Source: Coleofasciculus sp. B1-GNL1-01 (GTDB taxonomy: Bacteria; Cyanobacteriota; Cyanobacteriia; Cyanobacteriales; Coleofasciculaceae). From it: a DNA stretch of 53,822 nucleotides. The stretch is taken from the NCBI GenBank assembly GCA_040220235.1, contig JAVJTO010000050.1, one strand, 5' to 3'. Below, one piece after another: positions 35,981-46,459 of this stretch; within the stretch, counting starts at the first letter, position 1; each line of letters starts with the position of its first letter. The notes under the pieces were generated by a model that was given only the letters and a program-made list of their open reading frames with translations, was not told where the DNA came from and searched no databases. The translations under genes and the position numbers were made by a program.

Positions 35981-37106
35981 TTCCTTCTCCTGCAACAACC
36001 CAATCTTCCCCCTCAGCATCCCAAAACTCACCCGTTGTTAACGTTTGTTTTGCCCATTCCACATCAGGATGCTCATCTAACCGCTTGGAGATAGTGAAGC
36101 CGGAATCAGTATTATTTAAAACATGTACTTGAATAGGAACCAGTTCATCAATAATATAGGGAGAGTGAGTTGAAAAGATAATTTGCAAATTCGGGTTGTC
36201 TTGAATAATTTCCTTAAAAACAGTCATCAACTCTCGTTGGGCTTTGGGATGAAGTCCCTGTTCAATATCATCGAGTAAAACCAAATTAGGTTGATTAGGA
36301 TTCATCAGCACAGCCAGCAATCCTAGGGTAAGTATTGTTCCTTCGCTAACGGAATGGGCTGGTATACGCTCACCACTATTCATATCGAGTACAACTTCTT
36401 GTCCGGTAAGTTCCTGAGTTTCTTCATAAGGAATAAATTTACCATTGACTTCGAGGGAACGCTGGCGATTGACGACAACCTTTGCTCGCTTGACGCCTAT
36501 CTTGCGTATACCGGGTACGATTTGCCTTAACCTTTCTTCTAAAGCTTGAAAATTATCTGGATTCTCATTACGCAGAAAGTCCAGAGTCGGTGCTAGTCCT
36601 GAACCATCATACTCAACTCGTGGTGTAATTTCGTCACTGTACGCTGCTTTGGCAAGATTACTGGCTACTAGCTTAAGATAAACTGTATGTCTGAGAGACT
36701 GAGGAATGGGATATTCCGCATCTTTTAGTGAGCTTTGCCATCCCTCACAGTTATCGAGTTTGCCATCTACTTTCCACGACGCCTTTGGATGCCAATAATC
36801 CGGCTTTTCTTGTGTCCAGCTATAGGATGCTTGCCAATCTTGCCGCTTGTCATATCCCCAAAAACCGCTGGCAGTAACCGACATATTGTTTTTGCCTGTT
36901 GTTGTAATAAATTGAGGTGATCTTTCCTGCTGGAAGATATTTTTAAATTCTGAGCCAGCCAATCGACTAAGATAATGCAACGCTTGCAGGACTGATGTTT
37001 TCCCAGCACTGTTTTGTCCGACGATAGCATATAAACGGGAACGATCAAAGCTAAGTTGTGTAGATTGATGGCTTTTAAAATTATGGAGTTCTAACCTTTC
37101 TAACAT
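35973..37106 (-). CDS. ABC-type (AAA_21/AAA_15) ATPase, putative defence
   Basis: LHNFKS, GQNSAGKT, VSEGT signature, LLDDIEQGLHP, STHSP. Confidence 0.88.
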   Translation of the reverse strand: MLERLELHNFKSHQSTQLSFDRSRLYAIVGQNSAGKTSVLQALHYLSRLAGSEFKNIFQQERSPQFITTTGKNNMSVTASGFWGYDKRQDWQASYSWTQEKPDYWHPKASWKVDGKLDNCEGWQSSLKDAEYPIPQSLRHTVYLKLVASNLAKAAYSDEITPRVEYDGSGLAPTLDFLRNENPDNFQALEERLRQIVPGIRKIGVKRAKVVVNRQRSLEVNGKFIPYEETQELTGQEVVLDMNSGERIPAHSVSEGTILTLGLLAVLMNPNQPNLVLLDDIEQGLHPKAQRELMTVFKEIIQDNPNLQIIFSTHSPYIIDELVPIQVHVLNNTDSGFTISKRLDEHPDVEWAKQTLTTGEFWDAEGEDWVVAGEGSD

Positions 37107-37131
37107 TGATTATATATCTACAATAGTTGGA

Positions 37132-37377
37132 TTAGCTACGGGATTTTAGCCTCTCGTTTTCTCGAACACCACGCACCCAAGCCGTACTATTAGCTAAATC
37201 TTGACGCTCTCGCCATATCCCAATGAATGGATCATTTATCCAATCAACATCTCTGGCTTGAGATGCAGGTTCAGTTATCCTGTATTTTTGTCGTAAAAAA
37301 GCGATGAAGTTTAGAAGTTGGCGCTGTGCTTCAGCAGGTAGGGATAAAAACTCATTCAACAACTCTTCCTGTGTCAT
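37132..37377 (-). CDS. Small orphan antitoxin-like protein (DUF2281-like)
   Basis: LPAEAQRQLLNFIAFLRQKY...PFIGIW..R.D. Confidence 0.6.
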   Translation of the reverse strand: MTQEELLNEFLSLPAEAQRQLLNFIAFLRQKYRITEPASQARDVDWINDPFIGIWRERQDLANSTAWVRGVRENERLKSRS

Positions 37378-37464
37378 GCTGATACCTTGTTAAAACTATA
37401 CTATATCTTTTAGTGGCTAATCCCATAAGAGCGCTCAGTTGAAAGGCTGCATGTCAACGCAAGT

Positions 37465-37567
37465 AAACCCCTTTTTGCCTTGGCGACTAGAAGTCGCAGC
37501 TACACAAACAAAGTCCGCCTGCGCGGACTAGATTATAAAGGGGGTGGCTAACCCGGATTTGGTATCA
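37465..37567 (+). repeat. About 100-bp dispersed repeat, copy 3
   Basis: Near-identical to 32165-32268. Confidence 0.85.
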
Positions 37568-37838
37568 ATTCTGATAGCTGACGCAACTTGCGTAAAATTG
37601 TTGATTCCCACTGCTACTGAACAACCGGAATAATTCACTACTATCCATTGACAATCCAGCTTCTGTAAATGTTACAAACTGGATAGACATAAATTCCAGC
37701 CAACCCCCTTTGGTTAAGATTACCAGAAAAACTAGGGCATATCCATCAAGATTGTAGTCAACCAGAAAATTCATGGCAATTTTGAGGCGCGTTTGGCTTT
37801 TTGCTCCTCTAGCTTTGCCCATAAAGCTGCTTGACCGA
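37568..37838 (-). pseudogene. Deleted duplicate of the DUF433/DUF5615/DUF4926 block
   Basis: 37638-37838 matches about 39350-39549; 37568-37635 matches about 38819-38886. Confidence 0.8.
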
Positions 37839-37893
37839 GTTGACGGGACATTGTGAGTGATATCCAAAAGCTTGCTCTTCAAATAATGCTCTT

Positions 37894-38298
37894 CTATAAC
37901 TGTCGCCAGTTTTCAGTTTGTAAACCAGGAACTCGATCAAATTCCCGTTGGTTGGCAGTGATCATGACAAGGTTGTACTGAAGAGCAGTAGCAGCAATTA
38001 GCACGTCGTAAGCGCCAATTGGCTGTCCTTGAGATCTGAGAATGGCACGAATATGAGCCACTTGTTCTGCTTCTGAAATGCCAAAAGGAAGCAGGGTAAT
38101 GGAACTGAGAAAACTGGTAATAACGGGTTCAATTTTCTGGGCGCGTTGATGGTTGAGTTGTAACCCATAGCGCAATTCCATAACCGTGATCACGGAAACC
38201 GCAATGTCAGTTGGTGACGTTTGCTTGAGTCGGGCTTGGGTAGCGGGTTCCCCTTTGATGAAGTCGCTAATGACGCAGGTATCAAGCAGGTAGCGCAT
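37894..38298 (-). CDS. vapC: VapC PIN-domain toxin
   Basis: YLLDTCVI, MELRYG, AYDVLIAATA, TANQREF. Confidence 0.9.
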   Translation of the reverse strand: MRYLLDTCVISDFIKGEPATQARLKQTSPTDIAVSVITVMELRYGLQLNHQRAQKIEPVITSFLSSITLLPFGISEAEQVAHIRAILRSQGQPIGAYDVLIAATALQYNLVMITANQREFDRVPGLQTENWRQL

Positions 38299-38540
38299 TA
38301 GAATAACTCCGGTTCGCGGGGTGGTAGAAGTTGATCACGGTAAGATTCAAATACTGGAAAGTCAGGATCACCTTTATAGCTAAGGATAGTATCTGACCAA
38401 CAGGCAACTTTGCTTTGGGTTGTTTGAGTCAGTTGACGCAAGGATTGGAGGATAAAGCTTTCAATGGGAATATTGAGTTGGGTAGCTTGTTGAATCAGCT
38501 TTTGTTCTAGGTCTTTGGGGATGTTTATTGTGATTTGCAT
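38298..38540 (-). CDS. VapB-type antitoxin
   Basis: Ribbon-helix-helix-like MQITINIPKDLE; stop overlaps the vapC start. Confidence 0.75.
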   Translation of the reverse strand: MQITINIPKDLEQKLIQQATQLNIPIESFILQSLRQLTQTTQSKVACWSDTILSYKGDPDFPVFESYRDQLLPPREPELF

Positions 38541-38615
38541 AGGGTTTCTCCTAGTCATTGTTTTTGCCCAAGTCTCAACCTTCAACTTAACATGAGATTA
38601 ACCGGGAAATTACGA

Positions 38616-38684
38616 CTGTCGTATCCCATTAATAAACGCCATTCTCGCCTCAACTATATCAGACCTTAACACAGAGCGTACCAG
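38616..38684 (-). pseudogene. 3' remnant of the Uma2 gene at 34533-35165
   Basis: Matches about 34545-34613. Confidence 0.75.
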
Positions 38685-38727
38685 GAGTACACTAATACGA
38701 TTGTATTGAAAAATATGTTTAGAATTA

Positions 38728-38818
38728 GCCATGGCGACTGGAAGTCGCAGCTACACAAACAAAGTCCGCCTGCGCGGACTAGATTATAAAGGGGGTGGCT
38801 AACCTGGATTTGGTATCA
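38728..38818 (+). repeat. About 100-bp dispersed repeat, copy 4
   Basis: Same core as 32165-32268. Confidence 0.85.
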
Positions 38819-38864
38819 ATTCTGATAGCTGACGCAACTTGCGTAAAATTGCTGATTCTCACTG

Positions 38865-39071
38865 CTATTGAACAACGGGGATAATTTGCGAGGCGGCAAC
38901 CTCGATTGTCACTTGAGGCAGATCAAACCCTTCCAAACTGTATCCATCTTCTTCACTTTCAGCCTTATGGTAATATTCTACAATTGTGGCAATATCTCCC
39001 CGTTTTAGGTTGTATTCTGGTAAGTCTTGAGCCAGGGCAACTTGGGAAAACATAGGGTATTGTGCTTTCAT
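38865..39071 (-). CDS. DUF4926 domain protein
   Basis: VALAQDLPEYNLKRGDIATIVE...GYSLE. Confidence 0.75.
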   Translation of the reverse strand: MKAQYPMFSQVALAQDLPEYNLKRGDIATIVEYYHKAESEEDGYSLEGFDLPQVTIEVAASQIIPVVQ

Positions 39072-39093
39072 GAATTCGCTCCTTTATCTGGCA

Positions 39094-39486
39094 CTATGGA
39101 ATGAATAAGCGACCAACCCCCATATAGTTTTCAATGTCCAGTACAATCTCGATGAGGCGTTCAACACATCGCTCTCGATAGTCAAATTCGTCAAGGCGCT
39201 CAAGACTACCAATGGTAACGACAGGAAATGAATTCGATCTGTTTTCCTCGCGTATGACTTGCTCCAATGAATCATCACCCTTCATATTCCGGTTCGCTGT
39301 GAGAATCATCTTATGGTTGGCTTGAGCATAACTCCAGACAAGGCGATCGCTACTATCCATTGACAATCCAGCTTCTGTAAATGTTACAAACTGGATAGAC
39401 AGAAACTCTAGCCAAGCCCCTTTGGTTAAGATTCCCAGAAAAACCAGGGCATATCCATCAAGATTGTAGTCTACCAGAAAATTCAT
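39094..39486 (-). CDS. DUF5615 PIN-like toxin (VapC45 type)
   Basis: MNFLVDYNL, SDRLVWSYAQ, ILTAN; ATGA overlap with the DUF433 gene. Confidence 0.75.
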   Translation of the reverse strand: MNFLVDYNLDGYALVFLGILTKGAWLEFLSIQFVTFTEAGLSMDSSDRLVWSYAQANHKMILTANRNMKGDDSLEQVIREENRSNSFPVVTIGSLERLDEFDYRERCVERLIEIVLDIENYMGVGRLFIP

Positions 39487-39860
39487 GGCAATTTTGAGGC
39501 GCGTTTGGCTTTTTGCTCCTCTAGCTTTGCCCATAAAGCTTCTTGACCAGGTTTATGGGGCATTGTGGCAATTCGGGCAAAGTGTTCGCGGTTGCGCTCT
39601 TCCCAATAGTGGCGAATTTCTTCCCTGGTTTGCAGAACGTGTTGATATTCAGCTTCTACTTGAGTGCGATTAGCTTCAAGATAAGACAATGCGGCATTAA
39701 TTTGCTCATCCGTAAGATTAAATTTATCACGGATTAACTTAGGGGGATACTGAGCCTTCAAAAAATCCATCACATCATAGAGGGTGATGCGTGTACCTAC
39801 TATAGTCAGTCCCCGTTCTGTACGGATGATTGCGGCTTTTCCATTTGATGCCAAAGTCAT
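39483..39860 (-). CDS. DUF433 antitoxin (VapB45 type)
   Basis: IVGTRITLYDV, LTDEQINAALSY. Confidence 0.85.
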   Translation of the reverse strand: MTLASNGKAAIIRTERGLTIVGTRITLYDVMDFLKAQYPPKLIRDKFNLTDEQINAALSYLEANRTQVEAEYQHVLQTREEIRHYWEERNREHFARIATMPHKPGQEALWAKLEEQKAKRASKLP

Positions 39861-40109
39861 ATCTATAGCCTTTCTCCAACTCATTTAATATTACATCTAC
39901 ACAATATGAACCGTCATTGTTCTTTTGGGTAAGTTCAAGTAGGTTGGGTTGAGCGAAGTCGAAACCCAACAGTCTAACCCGCTTGCATTGGGTTACTCTA
40001 CTCTTCGGGTTCTCCTAGGCGAGTACGAGAAGGCGAGAGCCTACGTTTCAAGAGTCCAACCTATCAACTAAGCTTTCTAACATTAGCTTACTAATATAAT
40101 TCGATTGCT

Positions 40110-40253
40110 TTACGGATACGATATAGTGTTTGCAACTCTGCCTTGTTAGCACAGCCGACAATTAATTCCATTTGTGTGACTATACTAATCGCAAAGCTAG
40201 AACTTGATTTCAAATTTTGCAAACAGGTAACGGCGTCAGAAATATCACGACCG
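40110..40253 (-). pseudogene. PIN-domain toxin fragment
   Basis: GRDISDAVTCL...AISIVTQMELIVGCANKAEL; both ends missing; next to the palindrome GTAGAGACGCGCCATGGCGCGTCTCTAC. Confidence 0.6.
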
Positions 40254-40334
40254 TCAACCCCACCCCACTGTGTAGAGACGCGCCATGGCGCGTCTCTACA
40301 ATCCTGATTCAGCAAGCCCTAATGCAAATCAATC

Positions 40335-42548
40335 TTATCCAACCAACTCAGTCGCCCGCTTCGTCAAATTCTCAGCCGTTAACCCATTAAACGCCATAAC
40401 TTGACCCGCACTTGATGCCGTTTCTCCACGCTTCCAGGAAAAAATATCGCGCTTAACGGTACTCCGTAACATCAATGGTTCCAGCATGGCACTGGCACCT
40501 CCGGTTACACCAATTAACGCATCGCCACCAAAGAACTCCTCAAATCTTTGATCATCTAAAAAGTGGCTATCGGGTTCCTTACAAGTTTCCCACGCCACAT
40601 CATGGGGACGATACAAACGTCGGGGACTAATTACAGAAACAACTCGCACCCCAATTCCTTGATTTTCCAGGTGAACGGCTGCATCTAAGACGGGAATCAG
40701 TGGCATATCGCCAATCACGGCAAATACGACTTTCTGACTCCCTTCGGTTTCATGGAGTACCACACCCCCATCTTTTAAGGCTTGACGGGTTTGTTCAAAT
40801 GTGGTTAATACCGGTAAAGGTGACTTACTCGCCGTAATCGTAATCCCCTTATTTTTCATCGTTAACGCCCAGTCGTAACACACCTGGATACTATTGGCAT
40901 CACAGGGAAACAAGGGGAACACATTACCATTCCGCATCATCGCAGCAAAGTAATTTTCAATCTCTGGACGCTGGTGAGTCCAACCATTACGCCCTTGTTC
41001 CAATGCGCCAGCGGTAAATAAGGTAATTGTCGCAGGTGTTGGACGGCGCAATTCTGCCATGGCTTGGGTAACGGTTTGCCATATTGGTAACCCATTCACC
41101 GCGAAGGATTCATAGGAACACCACAGAGTACGGGAACCAAACAAAGCTAAACTCGCGGCTAACCCTGCACAAGCATCTTCACTTAAGGGTTCGTATACCT
41201 GACCCTTGGGTCCCTGATAATAGAGGTCATCAACGGTAGGATGGAGAATCTTCAGCGCCACGTTAACATTATTAATCCCAGAGGCGGCATTGCCATCGGC
41301 GTTAGAAATGATAAAGTTAGGGTCTTGTTTCCCGACATGGGCAACTAACGCCCCCATCGCCGTCGTCGCCACTTGCTTATCACTCTTAATTTCAAATTCG
41401 TTTAAGGGTAATGTGCCTAAATCCGGTAGGGATAACTCCTTCTCCGTCACTACCTGATGGGACGCCGGACCCCCAGCCGCCCGTTCAAAGTTGCTGCGTA
41501 CCAGTTGCCACGCGGCTGGAGGTAAGGCACGCTGTTTTAAGGCTTGGACAATCTCTTCATTGTCTAAGGTATGGTAGCCGTAGAGGTTGTGGGCTTTAGC
41601 CCCTCGCGCATGGACACCGGAACCTTTAAGCTGTTTGATAATTAGTACGGTAAGCTTACCGCCCAGGGCAGATTTAGCGGCTTTGTCTGTCGCTTCTAAG
41701 ACAGCTTTGGTAAATTCCAAGCGTTTTTCCCAGGAAAAGGCGGTGCTATCCACATATTCACCGGGTTGGTTGGCGTCGTCAAAGTCTTTGGCATTGACTA
41801 GGATAATTTCTTTAAATCCATTACCTTCCCAATATTCAATCATCTCTTCATTGGGTTTGGTGGATACCATACTGTGGTGTTCCTGAGAGTATCCATTCCA
41901 AACTAAGATGGGTAGGAAGTTAGTGACATCGGGATAGGCGGTGTGGAAGTGACCGAAACTACTCATCACGTAAGGTTCACCAATCCCCCCGTCGCCAATT
42001 GTCACGGGGAAAAGGGTATCCCGGTGCAGTAACGCCCCCGCCATGGCGAAATGCTGCCCTTGTCCCAAGGGTCCTGCGGGGTTAAGCAGTCCAGGAATTT
42101 GACCGGAAAGGTGTCCTAGGAGTCCATGCATTTCCCGGAACCGTTCCCGCATCTGTTGCACGGTGGTAATCCCCATGTCCTCTAAGGAACGGTCTAAGAA
42201 CATGGTGCTGTAAAAGCCGGGGGCATGGTGTCCCACTTCGGTAATAATATTTTTATAGCCCAGCATGACTAAGGCGGCGATACCTTCGGCGACGCTGGCA
42301 AATCCGCCCGGATGACCGGATGCTTTCGATGCCGTGACTTGCAGGGTGAGGTAACGCAGGGCATCAGCCGCGAGGAGAGTTTGGAAGACAGCCGCTGGGT
42401 CAGAGGGAGAGGCGATCGCAACCTTGTCCTCAGCAATGGCAGATTTTCCACCATACGTCTCCAAACCCGGTAAGGCTTGCCCAAAATATTGGATGCCTTC
42501 GCAAAAGGCTGGAACGGGTGACGTAGTTTTTGGGGTTGTTGCAGTCAT
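40335..42548 (-). CDS. Phosphoketolase/transketolase-like ThDP enzyme
   Basis: SGHPGG, GPLGQG, GDGG...N ThDP-binding motif, LSEDAC, SYESF, NGWTHQ. Confidence 0.85.
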   Translation of the reverse strand: MTATTPKTTSPVPAFCEGIQYFGQALPGLETYGGKSAIAEDKVAIASPSDPAAVFQTLLAADALRYLTLQVTASKASGHPGGFASVAEGIAALVMLGYKNIITEVGHHAPGFYSTMFLDRSLEDMGITTVQQMRERFREMHGLLGHLSGQIPGLLNPAGPLGQGQHFAMAGALLHRDTLFPVTIGDGGIGEPYVMSSFGHFHTAYPDVTNFLPILVWNGYSQEHHSMVSTKPNEEMIEYWEGNGFKEIILVNAKDFDDANQPGEYVDSTAFSWEKRLEFTKAVLEATDKAAKSALGGKLTVLIIKQLKGSGVHARGAKAHNLYGYHTLDNEEIVQALKQRALPPAAWQLVRSNFERAAGGPASHQVVTEKELSLPDLGTLPLNEFEIKSDKQVATTAMGALVAHVGKQDPNFIISNADGNAASGINNVNVALKILHPTVDDLYYQGPKGQVYEPLSEDACAGLAASLALFGSRTLWCSYESFAVNGLPIWQTVTQAMAELRRPTPATITLFTAGALEQGRNGWTHQRPEIENYFAAMMRNGNVFPLFPCDANSIQVCYDWALTMKNKGITITASKSPLPVLTTFEQTRQALKDGGVVLHETEGSQKVVFAVIGDMPLIPVLDAAVHLENQGIGVRVVSVISPRRLYRPHDVAWETCKEPDSHFLDDQRFEEFFGGDALIGVTGGASAMLEPLMLRSTVKRDIFSWKRGETASSAGQVMAFNGLTAENLTKRATELVG

Positions 42549-42773
42549 GCTGAGTACCTTAAATAATTGTATCGGTAGATTAACTTTATGAAAATTTTAC
42601 AACGTTTTGCAACTTGAATGTTGTTAAAGTTAATCAATTCTGGGTTATGCAGCGATAATTCCAGGTCATCAGACGGGATTCACGGAAGGAGTTGAATCTA
42701 TTTCATACAATCAGGATTATGTCAATAGGCGATAATTCGCTACTCTAAGAAACATGAACTCAAACACCCTGCC

Positions 42774-44180
42774 ATGAAACTGCCTGAAGGTCCGACAAGC
42801 CCTGCCATTGTGCAACTGATCCAGTGGATTATTGACCCTCTGGAATTCTTGGATAGTTGTGCCAAGCGCTACGGGGACACCTTTACCGTAAATCTGAGAA
42901 ACTTTGAGCCTTTCGTTTTCCTCAGCCATCCCCAAGCAATTCGGGAAATTTTTACCACCGATCCCAAACAGTTTGACTCAGGTCGGGGGAACAAGATTCT
43001 TGAATCCTTAGTGGGAGAAAATTCCCTATCGTTGCTTGATGGCGACCGTCACAGACAGCAACGACGTTTGATTATGCCGCCCTTTCATGGGGAACGGATG
43101 CAGACTTACGCTCAATTAATTGGCGACATTACCGAACAGGTTGCTAGTCAGTGGCAAGTTGACAAGCCACTCTGTATGCGGGAGCAAATGCAGGACATTA
43201 CCCTGCAAGTGATTATGCAAGCCGTGTTTGGTCTGCGGGAGGGGGCGCGTTACCAACGCCTCAAGCCCCTTTTGGCAACCCTGTTAAATATGACCGACTC
43301 TCCCCTGAGTTCCAGTCTGCTATTTTTCCAATTTCTGCAACAAGATTGGGGCGCGTGGAGTCCCTGGGGGCGCTTTGTCCGGCGCAGGCAGCAAATTTAT
43401 CAACTTTTGCAAGCGGAGATTGATGAACGTCGAGAACAGTCACACCTAGAAGGAGATGATGTCCTTAGTTTAATGATGTCGGCGCGTGATGAACAGGGTC
43501 AGCCGATGACCGATGCGGAGTTGAAAGATGAGTTGCTGACGCTTCTGTTTGCTGGTCACGAAACGACGGCGACGGCGTTAGCCTGGGCGTTTTATTGGAT
43601 TCACAAACATCCTGAGGTCTATCAAAAACTGATACAAGAATTGGATGGCTTAGGGACTCACCCAGAACCAATGGCGATCGCAAAATTACCCTATCTCACT
43701 GCCGTTTGCCAAGAAACCCTGCGGATTTACCCGGTTGTTTTCATTACCTTCCCCCGCATTACCAAAGCACCGATGCAAATTATGGGTCATGACTATGACG
43801 CCAACACAACATTGTTTCCTGCCATTTACCTGACTCATCATCGGCAAGATATCTATGCCGAACCGGAACAGTTTCAGCCAGAACGTTTCCTAGAACGCCA
43901 GTTTTCTCCTTACGAGTATTTACCCTTTGGGGGTAGCAGTCGTCGCTGTGTGGGTTTGGCATTGGCGCAGATGGAAATGAAACTGGTTCTGGCGACTATT
44001 TTGTCGCGCTATCAGTTAGCACTAAGAGATACCAAACCCGTAAAACCCAAACGTCGTGGCTTCACGGTTTCCCCAGAAGGGGGTGTGCAGATGGTAATGA
44101 AGGGAGTGCGATACGTTCCTTCGGAACAGGCTTCGCCAACGAGTCCAGCCCCAGTGCCTCTAGAGACGACTACCTACTAA
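42774..44180 (+). CDS. Cytochrome P450 (CYP110-like)
   Basis: AGHETT, ETLR, PERF, PFGGSSRRCVG heme motif. Confidence 0.95.
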   Translation: MKLPEGPTSPAIVQLIQWIIDPLEFLDSCAKRYGDTFTVNLRNFEPFVFLSHPQAIREIFTTDPKQFDSGRGNKILESLVGENSLSLLDGDRHRQQRRLIMPPFHGERMQTYAQLIGDITEQVASQWQVDKPLCMREQMQDITLQVIMQAVFGLREGARYQRLKPLLATLLNMTDSPLSSSLLFFQFLQQDWGAWSPWGRFVRRRQQIYQLLQAEIDERREQSHLEGDDVLSLMMSARDEQGQPMTDAELKDELLTLLFAGHETTATALAWAFYWIHKHPEVYQKLIQELDGLGTHPEPMAIAKLPYLTAVCQETLRIYPVVFITFPRITKAPMQIMGHDYDANTTLFPAIYLTHHRQDIYAEPEQFQPERFLERQFSPYEYLPFGGSSRRCVGLALAQMEMKLVLATILSRYQLALRDTKPVKPKRRGFTVSPEGGVQMVMKGVRYVPSEQASPTSPAPVPLETTTY

Positions 44181-44259
44181 TTTACTATAATTTTCAGAGT
44201 GGTCAACGTTGAATATAAAGTGGTCAGATTCGATTAAACTTTAAGATCTGAGGAAAAAA

Positions 44260-44667
44260 ATGACCGAAACTCAAGATAAACCAATTAATGAATCTACGTC
44301 TACGCCAGACGCAGCTCCAACTCAGTCGGGCAATTTTCTGCAAAGTTGGAAATTTAAAGCCGGGTTAATCACGACAGCCGTTGTTTCAATTTTTCTGGGT
44401 TTCTTCCTGCTGGTTTTCTTCTGGCATCACATTGTTGCTGGGATGGGGATGAATTCTTGGTCTGATCGTGCTGGTGCAGAACCCATTGAGTGCATGATGA
44501 AAGATACCAACAATGATGGTTATGTGAGCTGTAGTGCCATGCGGAACGGTGACGTAGTTCCCCTAGAATGTGGTGTCAGTATCTTTAATATTGGTTGCCG
44601 AGTGAATTATGGTGCGGCTGCGGCTCCATCGTTGCGTTCTTCTGGTGGATCAAATGTTCGGCGTTAG
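44260..44667 (+). CDS. Hypothetical membrane protein with a Cys-rich external domain
   Basis: One TM helix; CMMKDTNNDGYVSC, LEC, GC. Confidence 0.75.
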   Translation: MTETQDKPINESTSTPDAAPTQSGNFLQSWKFKAGLITTAVVSIFLGFFLLVFFWHHIVAGMGMNSWSDRAGAEPIECMMKDTNNDGYVSCSAMRNGDVVPLECGVSIFNIGCRVNYGAAAAPSLRSSGGSNVRR

Positions 44668-45107
44668 CCTCTGTGATGGGGTTAACCAAGCCTCACATTT
44701 GGGTTTTTGGTAGTGTTTAGGGACAAAAAATGATCCAAAGACCCAATTGTGGCAGATAAAATTCTGAATTAATTCTCACCTTATATAAAGTCAGATACCC
44801 GCCCGGAACCTGGAGGAACCCGGAGTTCAAACTCCGGGCTTATAGCTAAAGTCCATTAAAATGGACTAAGACTAGAGATGCTTCCCTTGATATAGCGCTA
44901 CGCGCTGGCGTATTTACACATTAGAAATGGAGGCTTTATCAGGAGTGCTTTAGAACATTTGTACTGTAACTACGCGAGAGGATACTGCTATAGGTGGATA
45001 AGGCTAAGGTTCCTCAACTACGAACGACGAACGAACGACGAACGGAGCAAACTGTCCGTCTCACAGTCTATAATGAGAAGTACAGACTGACGTGAGAAAC
45101 GAAGACA

Positions 45108-46406
45108 TTGACTTCCCCGATTCCCCCTGAATTCCTGAAAACCTTGACCGACGAACGCGGTGTGTCTGACACTGAACTGGAGGCGTTGTCGTTAGTCCTG
45201 ACAGGTCAGTCAACTCAGGATGAGATTGCTCAATTCCTGGGGATCACTCCTATCGCCTTGCGGAAGCGATTGGGTGAAGTTTATCGCAAGTTTGAGATTA
45301 CGGGAACGGGTCCGGGTAAGTTAGTGGAATTGAAACAACGCCTCATCCGTGCTTATCAAACTCATCAAACTCAGTCCGCTCGGCGTCGAGATTGGGGAGA
45401 AGCGCCGGATGTCTCGGTGATGTATGGGCGTAAAGAGGAACTGGAGAGGCTAAAGCAATGGATTGTCAAGGATAACTCGCGCTTAGTCGCCATCCTGGGA
45501 ATGGGTGGAATTGGTAAAACCACGTTGGCGGTGAACCTGGCGCAGGAGATAGAGGAGGAGTTTGAGTTTATTATCTGGCGATCGCTTAGAAATCCGCTAC
45601 CCCTGGACAGTCTTTTAGCGGATTGGCTTACAAGTTTGGGAAATCAGGAAGAATCGGATTTACCTACAGACTTGAATGAGAGACTCTCTCTGTTGCGAGA
45701 TTATTTAAGTCAGCACCGTTGTCTATTGATCCTGGATGATGTGGAGACAATTGTGCGAAGCGGTGATAGATTTGGACGCTATAGTCCTGACTATGAGGAT
45801 TATGGGTTACTCCTGAGACAAGTTGGTGAAACGTCCCATCAAGGTTGTGTATTACTTTGTTCTCAAGAAACCCTGAGAGATATCCGGCGCTTAGAAACAA
45901 CTCGTCCCTCGGTTCATTCCTTACAACTTAACCCCTTACCCGACGACGCCGCCCGCCAAATCTTAGCCGAAAACGGGTTAACGGGTGAGGAAAAATGGGA
46001 GAGTTTGATTCGGGATTATCAAGGGAATCCTTTAGCTTTAAAGTTAGTCGCTGCGACGATTAAAGAGTATTTTAATGGGGATGTGGTGGAATTCACTAAC
46101 CTGCAAACGATTTTAGTTGATGATATCTTTCGGGAAAACCTCGACCGACAGTTTGAGAAGTTATCGGATTTAGAGAAAGAAATTATACAGAGTTTAGCGA
46201 GTCAAGACAAGCCGCTGTCTCTGAGGACGTTGCAAAAAAATAATTCTATCTCGTTTTCGGAATTATTAGAGGTATTGGACTCCTTGCGGGGACGTTCTCT
46301 GATTGAGAAGACTGGGGGTGATAAGAAAAAGACTAGCGAACCATTTTTTACTTTACAACCGATTATTAGGAAATATGTGAAAACGTTCAAACTGAATGAT
46401 TTGTAG
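45108..46406 (+). CDS. HTH plus NB-ARC (STAND) protein lacking C-terminal repeats
   Basis: N-terminal HTH; DWGEAPDV, GMGGIGKT, LLILDD, GNPLALK, FTLQP. Confidence 0.85.
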   Translation: MTSPIPPEFLKTLTDERGVSDTELEALSLVLTGQSTQDEIAQFLGITPIALRKRLGEVYRKFEITGTGPGKLVELKQRLIRAYQTHQTQSARRRDWGEAPDVSVMYGRKEELERLKQWIVKDNSRLVAILGMGGIGKTTLAVNLAQEIEEEFEFIIWRSLRNPLPLDSLLADWLTSLGNQEESDLPTDLNERLSLLRDYLSQHRCLLILDDVETIVRSGDRFGRYSPDYEDYGLLLRQVGETSHQGCVLLCSQETLRDIRRLETTRPSVHSLQLNPLPDDAARQILAENGLTGEEKWESLIRDYQGNPLALKLVAATIKEYFNGDVVEFTNLQTILVDDIFRENLDRQFEKLSDLEKEIIQSLASQDKPLSLRTLQKNNSISFSELLEVLDSLRGRSLIEKTGGDKKKTSEPFFTLQPIIRKYVKTFKLNDL

Positions 46407-46459
46407 AGACGTTGCATGCAACGTCTCTACAGGTTTACCCTCCTACCCTTAATAACTAT

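Noticed and set aside
40335..44180. P450 plus prenyltransferases as a terpene biosynthetic cluster
   Set aside because: They lie about 30 kb apart, separated by housekeeping genes, with no cyclase or other tailoring genes.
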